Virus record (IMG/VR): IMGVR_UViG_3300037585_002406
Source of the DNA: an uncultured virus (IMG/VR IMGVR_UViG_3300037585_002406)
Lineage: Duplodnaviria > Heunggongvirae > Uroviricota > Caudoviricetes > Crassvirales
Reading direction: 5' to 3' (one strand)
DNA: 64,000 nucleotides
This document shows, one piece after another, positions 9,632 to 16,637 of the stretch. The first letter of the stretch is position 1. Each line of letters begins with the position of its first letter. The notes beneath the pieces were generated by a model. It saw nothing but the letters and a program-made list of their open reading frames with translations, made no database searches and was not told the origin of the DNA. The position numbers and the translations under genes were made by a program.

Positions 9632-9732
9632 TAGTATGAACGAGGGGAATCGAACCCCTCTGCATAACCAAATAAAATGCAGTCAGATCGGGTAGGTACA
9701 TCACTCCCTAGCGGATCTTGCCAGACGCTCAC
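9632..9732 (-). ncRNA. tRNA-like structured RNA 1 (non-canonical)
   Basis: 7-bp acceptor stem GUGAGCG/CGUUCAU, perfect T-arm AGGGG-UUCGAUU-CCCCU, 3' A-CUA. No D-stem or canonical anticodon arm; two internal hairpins. Confidence 0.75.
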
Positions 9733-9743
9733 TAGATATGTCG

Positions 9744-9920
9744 TTACATATCCATTGCATTTAGTATTTCCATTGCCTTATCCATAGCGTAGGTTCGCTG
9801 TTGTGTCATTGTACCGCATACTTGTGGTGTCGGCAGGAATTTACCTCTGTATGATTTATCTCCTCGTTGGATAGCATTAGCCATCTCTCTTTGGTGGTAT
9901 AGTTTCTGTTGTAGTGTCAT
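9744..9920 (-). CDS. Hypothetical protein (58 aa)
   Basis: Translated manually (MTLQQKLYHQ...). Confidence 0.5.
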   Translation of the reverse strand: MTLQQKLYHQREMANAIQRGDKSYRGKFLPTPQVCGTMTQQRTYAMDKAMEILNAMDM

Positions 9921-9952
9921 AATGTGTTATTTTACTTTCATATATCCAACGT

Positions 9953-10189
9953 CTAGTCCTCGACTGACGTACCTGTTTCTGCATCATCGTAAGCATCCTC
10001 TTGAGGATCTTGACTATGCTCTGCTTTATGTAATTCATTTAATTGTTTTGCATATGATTCAGCTATGAATTTCCATTGTACGCATAGCTTTAGCAAGTCA
10101 GACTTACTGTTTGCTTTAAGGGCAGACTTAATCTGCTCCTTAGTCCACCCTTCTAGTGGGTTAAATTCTTGTTCGTTACTCATATTCAT
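9953..10189 (-). CDS. Hypothetical protein
   Basis: ORF track. Confidence 0.55.
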   Translation of the reverse strand: MNMSNEQEFNPLEGWTKEQIKSALKANSKSDLLKLCVQWKFIAESYAKQLNELHKAEHSQDPQEDAYDDAETGTSVED

Positions 10190-10364
10190 CTGCTTTTATA
10201 CCCCATAACATATCACGTGGCATCTCATCGAATACCACCATGCTGTTTCTTTCATCGGGTGCGTTTTGTACTAAGGTCATTGCTTGTTCTCTTGTTAGTG
10301 AGTGGAATAGAATATCCTTATCGAAGTTATCTCTATACACTCGGTATACTGCGTAATTTTTCAT
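10176..10364 (-). CDS. Hypothetical protein
   Basis: Likely start MKNY, preceded by the AAACCAA motif. Confidence 0.55.
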   Translation of the reverse strand: MKNYAVYRVYRDNFDKDILFHSLTREQAMTLVQNAPDERNSMVVFDEMPRDMLWGIKADEYE

Positions 10365-10523
10365 TGTGTTTTGGTTTTTATTTCCCTCCATGTGTCGGGG
10401 TATTCGTCTATTAGTATGCGCTTGAGTGCTTGTAGTTCACTCCAGTTATCTTTGATAACCTTAGCTTGATTCTCAATGGTTGCCTTACAACTGCATGGAT
10501 TACCATCGTCATTAAAAGGACAT

Positions 10524-10874
10524 TCATTCTCCATCATAATAAGTTACTTTATTGTAATCGGTGGTACGATTATGTTCTTTAATAAATTCTACTACTGCTT
10601 TGTATGTAGACGATAGCTTATCCTCTGCTATGAAACATTGAGTTTTACTTATCATCTCTCCGTACTCAGCCTTACCGCCTTGTATGGTGAACACATATCC
10701 TAAGCTCTCTATCTTCTGTACTACGGGCATTAACCAATCCCATGATGTATGGTATTGTAACTCCACCAATTCTCCTTGACCAAACCCCTCTTTAGATTGT
10801 TCAGTCCAATACTTGTTAGGGATGGAACTTTCTAATAAATCCATAAATTCTGCTATTAATATATTGTCTTTCAT
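10524..10874 (-). CDS. Conserved phage early protein (YHTSWDWLMPVV family)
   Basis: NILIAEFM..YHTSWDWLMPVVQKIE..YKAVVEFIK. Likely start at 10874. Confidence 0.6.
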   Translation of the reverse strand: MKDNILIAEFMDLLESSIPNKYWTEQSKEGFGQGELVELQYHTSWDWLMPVVQKIESLGYVFTIQGGKAEYGEMISKTQCFIAEDKLSSTYKAVVEFIKEHNRTTDYNKVTYYDGE

Positions 10875-10875
10875 T

Positions 10876-11109
10876 TTACTTTTCTTTTGTATGTGAATGT
10901 CCTGCGCACACCTCGTCAATGAAGGTGAATATCTCTTGTGTAACCCACTCGGATTGCATTGTCTTATCGAGTATCTCTTGTGCATCTTCATCACTACACT
11001 CGTAGTTCTGCTTCACATCATCAACGTGCCATAGGTTATTGGTGTAAAATCCTCTTGATGCTAACTCATCACGAAGGTCGTTTGAGTCTATGTCTTTTAA
11101 CTTAATCAT
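10876..11109 (-). CDS. Hypothetical protein (W..DDV..DAQEIL family)
   Basis: Similar to 12227-12430 (WSTEDV..EAESIL). Confidence 0.6.
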   Translation of the reverse strand: MIKLKDIDSNDLRDELASRGFYTNNLWHVDDVKQNYECSDEDAQEILDKTMQSEWVTQEIFTFIDEVCAGHSHTKEK

Positions 11110-11125
11110 TGTTATTTGGTTTGAA

Positions 11126-11193
11126 AAGATACCACCACCAAACCTCGCTGGTTAACGGATGGAGGTTTTGCCGTAAACACGTGGCAGTATCTT
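11126..11193 (-). other. Intergenic multi-stem RNA hairpin
   Basis: Nested pairings AAGATAC/GTATCTT, CCAC/GTGG and AAACCTC/GAGGTTT. Confidence 0.6.
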
Positions 11194-11199
11194 AAATTA

Positions 11200-11534
11200 T
11201 TACTTCGTATGTGATTTAATTGCGTGAATAAGGTTCTCTCTTGCTTGTACAGGATCTGATATGACTATACGTACTAGCCATTCAAACTCACCTACTAGCG
11301 ATTCGGTGTCGCACTCATAGAAGTCGTCTATGTACCTTTCCATTTGTTCTTGTATTGTGTAACTCATTTTGATTTGGTTTTTTCTAGTCCTAACTCGTGG
11401 TAAAAATCATACCCACATTCTTGTATTATCTCGTCATCTTTATCGAAGATGTCGTACACTACGCCTTCATCATCAAACTTTATCTGTATGTATGTTCCGT
11501 ATGTGTTTGGTACGTGTATCTTTTTGTATATCAT
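11200..11534 (-). CDS. Two small hypothetical ORFs (11200-11367; 11364-11534)
   Basis: Translated manually; each start is preceded by AAACCAA. Confidence 0.5.
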
Positions 11535-11618
11535 TTTGAATTGGTTTAGTAATTAGTTCTGCTAGTTCGTGCATACTGAATGATGCGAACCCTGATTGTG
11601 TTTCTGGTTTACGTTTAC

Positions 11619-11807
11619 TCATATCATGCAAATGTTTCCGTCTGTATCTATGTAACCCGCATCGATAAGGGCTGATGCAGTTCGTCCGTAGCTACCCTGT
11701 AGCGTCCATGCCATACCATTACTGATTAGTTCAGAGAATAGTTGTAGTATTCCCGTGTCGTCTATATCCCCACATTCGTAGGCAATTATTTTGTCTGTTA
11801 TATCCAT
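11619..11807 (-). CDS. Conserved small phage protein (AYE.G..AWTLQGSYGR family)
   Basis: Recognisable motif IIAYECG..LI.NG.AW.LQG.YGRTA. Confidence 0.65.
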   Translation of the reverse strand: MDITDKIIAYECGDIDDTGILQLFSELISNGMAWTLQGSYGRTASALIDAGYIDTDGNICMI

Positions 11808-11815
11808 GATGTATA

Positions 11816-11965
11816 TTATTTAATTGGTTTATATCTATTGAAATTGTTTACGATTATATCGCACATGCCGTCCATAGCTTGCTCATGAAACTCATAAAGC
11901 AGTACGCCATCAAAGTATGTAAGCAAGTCCTCTTGTATTTGTTCTTGTAATTCTAGTAGTGTCAT
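11816..11965 (-). CDS. Hypothetical protein (49 aa)
   Basis: Translated manually (MTLLELQEQIQEDL...). Confidence 0.45.
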   Translation of the reverse strand: MTLLELQEQIQEDLLTYFDGVLLYEFHEQAMDGMCDIIVNNFNRYKPIK

Positions 11966-12240
11966 CATCTCATATTTTCTGTGTTAAAATCCCATTCGTC
12001 TAGTATGTCAAGCACCTCATCATCTATGCAAGGTGTACCATCGTAGTCTACAAGTTTTCTATCGTCAAACCATAGTCCACCTTCCTCGTGGTGATTCTCA
12101 CCGCCTGTGTCTGTGTCGTATAGTTCGAACCAACCTTGTTGGTCTGCTCCGTCTGTATCTACTGATACCTGTAGGTCGTACTTACGTCTAGTACCTGATG
12201 GATACTCTCTGATAAATTCTATTCTTCTATCGTATTTCAT
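11965..12240 (-). CDS. Hypothetical protein (GGLWF..LVDYDG family)
   Basis: ORF track. Confidence 0.6.
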   Translation of the reverse strand: MKYDRRIEFIREYPSGTRRKYDLQVSVDTDGADQQGWFELYDTDTGGENHHEEGGLWFDDRKLVDYDGTPCIDDEVLDILDEWDFNTENMR

Positions 12241-12430
12241 ATTGTATTTTTTCTCTTATTGTGTCAGCTATTTCTTCGTTAATGAAGTGCATTATAGCTT
12301 CGTTATCCTCAAACGTAGCTATGAGTATGCTCTCGGCTTCCTCTTCGGTTAGCTTCACGTCTAGATGTTCAGCATTAAGCATTACATCCTCAGTACTCCA
12401 CTTGAGTTCGTTTCCGTTATAGTATTTCAT
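12227..12430 (-). CDS. Hypothetical protein
   Basis: AAACCAA upstream; similar to 10876-11109. Confidence 0.6.
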   Translation of the reverse strand: MKYYNGNELKWSTEDVMLNAEHLDVKLTEEEAESILIATFEDNEAIMHFINEEIADTIREKIQYEIR

Positions 12431-12527
12431 TTTGTTTTGGTTTATATTCGTGGTACAAAGTGTTCGTCTTTATTAAGCAGTCCCAATATGTCATGGGTTA
12501 TGTCAGCCATGAACAGGATGTATTGGT

Positions 12528-12752
12528 TTATTCCCATTCTAATTCTAGGTTACTTAACTCACCTTCGCAGTAGCGCACCGCCTCATCTAACGTGAGTGTA
12601 GCAGTATGCCACCCACAGCTGAAACTATGCACCTCGAACTCATTGTCCGACTCTTTGTATAGTTCTTTTGTTGAGCGTAGTATTCCGTTAGAGAATACCA
12701 CATCTCTCATTTCGCCTACTTCCATAGACGTTAGTTGTTCTCGTGTGTTCAT
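12528..12752 (-). CDS. Hypothetical protein
   Basis: ORF track. Confidence 0.55.
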   Translation of the reverse strand: MNTREQLTSMEVGEMRDVVFSNGILRSTKELYKESDNEFEVHSFSCGWHTATLTLDEAVRYCEGELSNLELEWE

Positions 12753-12754
12753 GA

Positions 12755-13027
12755 TTATCCTTTTTCTGATGTGAATCCAAGTTCATCGAATAGTTGCTTA
12801 CCTGACTTGATTTCTTTTGCTTTTACGGATAGCAAGTCAGTATCCATTTGTTGTAGTTCTTGCTCGCCTATCTGCTCCCATATCTCATCGTGTAAGTCTG
12901 AGTGAGGGCTTGTGGTTCGACTGTCGGTTGTTATTACCTCAGCATCAAATGGGCTTATAAAATCGGATACTTCTACCTCGATTGTTGTGGTGTATGTACG
13001 CACCACTTCTATTTCAAATGTTTTCAT
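12755..13027 (-). CDS. Hypothetical protein
   Basis: ORF track; has its own promoter. Confidence 0.6.
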   Translation of the reverse strand: MKTFEIEVVRTYTTTIEVEVSDFISPFDAEVITTDSRTTSPHSDLHDEIWEQIGEQELQQMDTDLLSVKAKEIKSGKQLFDELGFTSEKG

Positions 13028-13069
13028 GATTGATGTATTAATTGGTTTTCGATTGGTTGAATCGGACTG

Positions 13070-13100
13070 CTAAGATAAGGCAAACTATCCACAAATCCAA
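13070..13100 (-). promoter_or_regulatory. Promoter TTG-N20-TATCTTAG (variant -7)
   Basis: Same spacing as the other early promoters; followed by a short 5' hairpin. Confidence 0.6.
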
Positions 13101-13125
13101 ATTTATTTTTCTAATAACGTAGTTA

Positions 13126-13461
13126 TTACTTGTATCTATTGACCTTCTTAGCGTTGTCATCGTAGCAATTCTTTACCACCATATCCAACTGCTCAGCCAC
13201 ATAGCTGATATGCTTTGATGTGGTAGGTGAGTGGTACTCGGTTACGACTAGCGTACCCATATGCTCCCAACCCCAAGCAACGTCGGTATCGTAGCTTTTC
13301 ACTACAATTCTCCAACCATCACTTCCGTTATACTCTTTACGTACTGACAGATTCTGCTTGTACTTAGGTATGCGGATCCGCTTGGTGTGCGGTACGCCCC
13401 ACATATGTCCGTCATCACGATACATTTCGTAGTCGTGGTCTGCTTTTTCTAGTAATCCCAT
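13126..13461 (-). CDS. Hypothetical protein (SY.T.VA..S.TTSKHI family)
   Basis: ORF track; motif seen in phage early genes. Confidence 0.6.
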   Translation of the reverse strand: MGLLEKADHDYEMYRDDGHMWGVPHTKRIRIPKYKQNLSVRKEYNGSDGWRIVVKSYDTDVAWGWEHMGTLVVTEYHSPTTSKHISYVAEQLDMVVKNCYDDNAKKVNRYK

Positions 13462-13472
13462 GTTAATATGCT

Positions 13473-13736
13473 TTATTGATTGTTTTCTAAATTGTCATGG
13501 TATGCGTTAATTGCGTCCATGTCTTTTTGAAAGCTGATGAACTTGAATAGCATCTCGCTCGTCTGCTTCATAGCATCACGCATCCCCTTGCTATCGTGTT
13601 GCATAGCTACGGGACACCAAGACTTAAATTCTAAATCTCTAGCCTTGCGCTCTATTGCGTCAAGTGAATTGTTTTCGAGGAATGATTTTGCCTCAGGAGA
13701 TAGTTTTTCCCCTATGTATAATTCAAAATTTCTCAT
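13473..13736 (-). CDS. Hypothetical protein
   Basis: AAACCAA upstream. Confidence 0.6.
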   Translation of the reverse strand: MRNFELYIGEKLSPEAKSFLENNSLDAIERKARDLEFKSWCPVAMQHDSKGMRDAMKQTSEMLFKFISFQKDMDAINAYHDNLENNQ

Positions 13737-13748
13737 GTTTATTGGTTT

Positions 13749-13898
13749 TTATAGGTTAATATCTAGTTTTGCGCTTTCGCAGAACGCTTCTGCTACCATG
13801 TCCACCGCATCTGCATCTTCACAGCACGAGTAGTAGGCATAGGCTAGTTCGAGTTCCTCAAAGCATAGCCCTCTGAATGGATTGAATATCCTGTTCAT
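13749..13898 (-). CDS. Hypothetical protein (49 aa)
   Basis: Translated manually; AAACCAA upstream. Confidence 0.5.
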   Translation of the reverse strand: MNRIFNPFRGLCFEELELAYAYYSCCEDADAVDMVAEAFCESAKLDINL

Positions 13899-13901
13899 GT
13901 T

Positions 13902-14090
13902 TTATTGGTTTAATTCGTTAATATCTGATTGAATGATGTCATACTGCTCTGCTAAGTAGTGTATTTCTTCATCGTGTATGGCTACACATAGGCTTTCCGA
14001 TACGTTGATGTGTAGTCTACCGTCTATCTCTTCGCTAGGTGTGTCGTGTTGTGCATTTAGGTAGAATGATGCTTTCTGTAAATCTGTCAT
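13902..14090 (-). CDS. Hypothetical protein
   Basis: AAACCAA upstream. Confidence 0.55.
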   Translation of the reverse strand: MTDLQKASFYLNAQHDTPSEEIDGRLHINVSESLCVAIHDEEIHYLAEQYDIIQSDINELNQ

Positions 14091-14527
14091 AGTAATAAAT
14101 CTTTTTGGTTTTTACAATCGTAGATTGCTATCTCTCCACGTTGCTTGGCCTCCCTCGTAGCTATTTCAAGGTTGTACAAGTGTTGCACAAGGTCGAAGTA
14201 TATCTGACCATCGTGTATCCATGTACCTATACCTAGACCAGCAACGAACTTATGCATACGATATGTGTCTTTGTGTTCGTCAAGTAATACGTCATACTTT
14301 TCCCATAGTTCTTTGAACTTAGCGTAGTGGTTGATTGCCCTGCTTGTCCTTTCGTATCTACTTCTGAAGTCAGGGTGATACTCATCTTCGGGCATAGTGG
14401 TTGGTTCAGTTACACCGCCTACGATGTAACCTTCGGTTGGATTGGTAGTTCCGTCCAAAAGGCGTGTAAATCCGCCATCAAGTAGCGTGTCAATATACGC
14501 ACCTCTGATTGTGTGTTCTAGTGTCAT
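14087..14527 (-). CDS. Conserved phage early protein (GGFT..GY.V..G.W..YFD..AIYD)
   Basis: ORF track; motif pattern. Confidence 0.6.
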   Translation of the reverse strand: MTLEHTIRGAYIDTLLDGGFTRLLDGTTNPTEGYIVGGVTEPTTMPEDEYHPDFRSRYERTSRAINHYAKFKELWEKYDVLLDEHKDTYRMHKFVAGLGIGTWIHDGQIYFDLVQHLYNLEIATREAKQRGEIAIYDCKNQKDLLL

Positions 14528-14679
14528 GATTCCGAGTTGATTAAGTCCTCAAGGCGCATCTGCTCATCACATGAGAGCGCATCCCAGTCGGCTGTGTTAG
14601 TAGCTTGGTTGAATGTTAAGCCATCGAATAGGCTACGTACTGCCTGCATACGCAGGTCTTGGATTAATTGATTATCCAT
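14524..14679 (-). CDS. Hypothetical protein (51 aa)
   Basis: Translated manually; AAACCAA upstream. Confidence 0.5.
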   Translation of the reverse strand: MDNQLIQDLRMQAVRSLFDGLTFNQATNTADWDALSCDEQMRLEDLINSES

Positions 14680-14703
14680 GATGTATAGATTTTTGGTTTG
14701 TTA

Positions 14704-14756
14704 AGAGGGTTTATATACACTCTTCATAAATGAAGAGAGTGTATATTAAACCTTCT
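14704..14756. repeat. Long imperfect inverted repeat (~24-bp hairpin)
   Basis: AGAGGGTTTATATACACTCTTCAT-AA-ATGAAGAGAGTGTATATTAAACCTTCT. Confidence 0.8.
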
Positions 14757-14763
14757 AATAGAT

Positions 14764-14866
14764 TAGAGCCTAGAGGAGGAATCGAACCTCCACGCTTTGC
14801 CCCGTTGCGGTGTCGTTACTACGTTTCCTGTGTGCGCTTATCACACTCACACAACTGGCACTAGGC
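14764..14866 (-). ncRNA. tRNA-like structured RNA 2 (non-canonical)
   Basis: Acceptor GCCUAG/CUAGGC, T-arm GGAGG-UUCGAUU-CCUCC, 3' U-CUA. Three internal hairpins replace the D and anticodon arms. Confidence 0.7.
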
Positions 14867-14875
14867 TTGTGGGTG

Positions 14876-15253
14876 TTACGCTGGCTGTGGCGCACCCTCT
14901 CTGAGGGCTTTGCAGTATCTCACTGCATCCTCAACTGACATACCCATCGAACGTAGTTCGCTGAATTCGGGTAACGTGTTCACCTCTGCAACTTCCTTCG
15001 GAATAAAGTTCTCAGCTACGCTGTCCTTAGCTTGTGACTCTTCGAGTCTTTGATTCTTCGGCTTACGCTTAGCCTTCGGCTTGCTTGCCTTACGCTTAGC
15101 CTTTGGCTTTGCCTTAACCTCTTCGAGGTTAGTGACCGCTTCCATTAACTCCTTTAGGAGTTTGATTGCGTTGGCTTTGCGTGCCTTCGTTGGGTTGAAC
15201 TTCGCTTGGTTCACTGCCTTACGGCAGTCTTTGATGTTGATGTCTTTAGACAT
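14876..15253 (-). CDS. Lys/Ala-rich first early protein (histone-like middle region)
   Basis: KAKPKAKRKASKPKAKRKPK. Likely start MSKD, after AAACCAA. Confidence 0.65.
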   Translation of the reverse strand: MSKDINIKDCRKAVNQAKFNPTKARKANAIKLLKELMEAVTNLEEVKAKPKAKRKASKPKAKRKPKNQRLEESQAKDSVAENFIPKEVAEVNTLPEFSELRSMGMSVEDAVRYCKALREGAPQPA

Positions 15254-15297
15254 GATGATTGGTTTTGTGGTTGGCAACATTGCCGAACCGATGACCA

Positions 15298-15328
15298 CAA
15301 AGATAGGGGATTAAAACAGTGATGTCAA
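15298..15328 (-). promoter_or_regulatory. Leftward early promoter TTG-N20-TATCTTTG
   Basis: Full Bacteroidetes consensus; 5' hairpin at ~15270-15290. Confidence 0.75.
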
Positions 15329-15386
15329 GTTTTATGGCAACTAATTACATGCGCCTTTTACCGAAGGTAAAACACCCGCGATAATT

Positions 15387-15477
15387 CGCGTGTGTGTGAT
15401 CGTGTGTGTGCGTGCATGCATGCGTGTGTTGTGCGTGTGTGTGTGCGTGCGTATCCCGTGCGTACACGCGTGGTGTG
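15387..15477. repeat. Alternating purine-pyrimidine (GT/GC) low-complexity tract
   Basis: cgcgtgtgtgtgatcgtgtgtgtgcgtgcatgcatgcgtgtgttgtgcgtgtgtgtgtgcgtgcgt... Confidence 0.9.
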
Positions 15478-15887
15478 AGCCTGATGCGAGAGCGTAATGC
15501 GGATGCGGATTAGAGTATATGTTTAAGTCTTCTAGGTTAGGGGTGTGATTGTCATGCACTTGCGTAGAACTGCGCTCCATCGTGCGTAATCCCAAGGCGG
15601 TTAAACAATGGCTTTAACTTCGTTGCCTTAAGACTTTCGGTATCAGCAAGTTAGCGTCGGGGATATGGGTGGCACCCGTACCCCCATGCGAAGGGGGGGA
15701 TGTCAAATTCTGCGTTTTCCTCACGTATGTATGCGCCCACAGATACATATAATCCCCTCCCTAAACATTTCTAACCGATTTTTCCAGGGGGATCCGTATT
15801 TTTTTTACGATGGTTATACCCCCTTCCTACCCTAAAGCATTGAGAGGCGGTTAATTAGAGCATTTTGCTTAAATAATAGCTTTACTA

Positions 15888-15918
15888 TTGACTTTTAAAA
15901 AAATATGTTATACCTTTG
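15888..15918 (+). promoter_or_regulatory. Rightward promoter TTG-N20-TACCTTTG
   Basis: Full -33/-7 consensus. Confidence 0.7.
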
Positions 15919-16146
15919 CTATATCTATAGGATGCATATCAAAGCTAGTCTAGATGATTTTAGTGTGTATACACAATAAAGCATTTAGAATGTTAAATAC
16001 GGTATAGCTGTATCATGATTGTAAAGAAGAAAGAAGGGTATTATGTTATATCTAGGGAGAGAAAGAGTTTAGGCGGTCCTTATGGATCTCGTCTTGCTGC
16101 TCTGAGGAGATTAAAACAGGTAGAATTTTACAAACAAAAGAAGTAG

Positions 16147-16154
16147 TATATTTG
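16147..16154 (+). promoter_or_regulatory. -7 element TATATTTG, 4 nt before ATG (further copies at 24072, 26651, 33950, 39394, 41150, 43507, 54375, 57148)
   Basis: Exact TAnnTTTG at gene starts throughout the late region. Confidence 0.75.
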
Positions 16155-16158
16155 CCTT

Positions 16159-16635
16159 ATGGCGACATTAACATCTACAATCACCGAAAGCATCTCCTTA
16201 AACGGAGCTGACAGAGGGTCTACCAATACACTAAGCGTAGCGTCTGTAACGCAAGTATTCCACCGCATTGTAACGTGTCCAACAGGGCAAGACACAACGG
16301 TGGTGACTTTTGATGAGCACGCAGACGACCAAGCTGGTGTAGTTGGAGCTTTAGACGTAGAGGATGTAAAGTATATCAGGGTAACAAACCTTGATAACAC
16401 CAACCCAATAAATTTATCATTACAGATCGATGCAGGTGAAGATAATTCAGCTGCCGACGAATCGGCTACTATATTGGTAGCTGCAGGCAGAAGCTTTATT
16501 ATGGGGGCCGCATCTGATGGGGTTGCCGTAAGTGATGCAAACGCAACACTAATAGATGCCCTACACAATTTACAAGCATTATTAATCGACCCTATAAGTA
16601 ACAATGTTACTGTAGAGGTCTTTATAGCAAGTTAA
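16159..16635 (+). CDS. Putative structural/decoration protein
   Basis: MATLT.TITE.I.LNG..YIRVTNLD..EVFIAS; beta-rich. Confidence 0.6.
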   Translation: MATLTSTITESISLNGADRGSTNTLSVASVTQVFHRIVTCPTGQDTTVVTFDEHADDQAGVVGALDVEDVKYIRVTNLDNTNPINLSLQIDAGEDNSAADESATILVAAGRSFIMGAASDGVAVSDANATLIDALHNLQALLIDPISNNVTVEVFIAS

Positions 16636-16637
16636 AC

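Noticed and set aside
9632..14866. Calling the two T-arm elements ordinary tRNA genes or tmRNA
   Set aside because: Neither has a D-stem or a 5-bp/7-nt anticodon arm. Both are too short for tmRNA and lack a tag ORF and the G3-U70 alanine identity.
15341..15595. 84-aa His/Thr-rich ORF
   Set aside because: An artefact of the (GT)n tract; no start signals.
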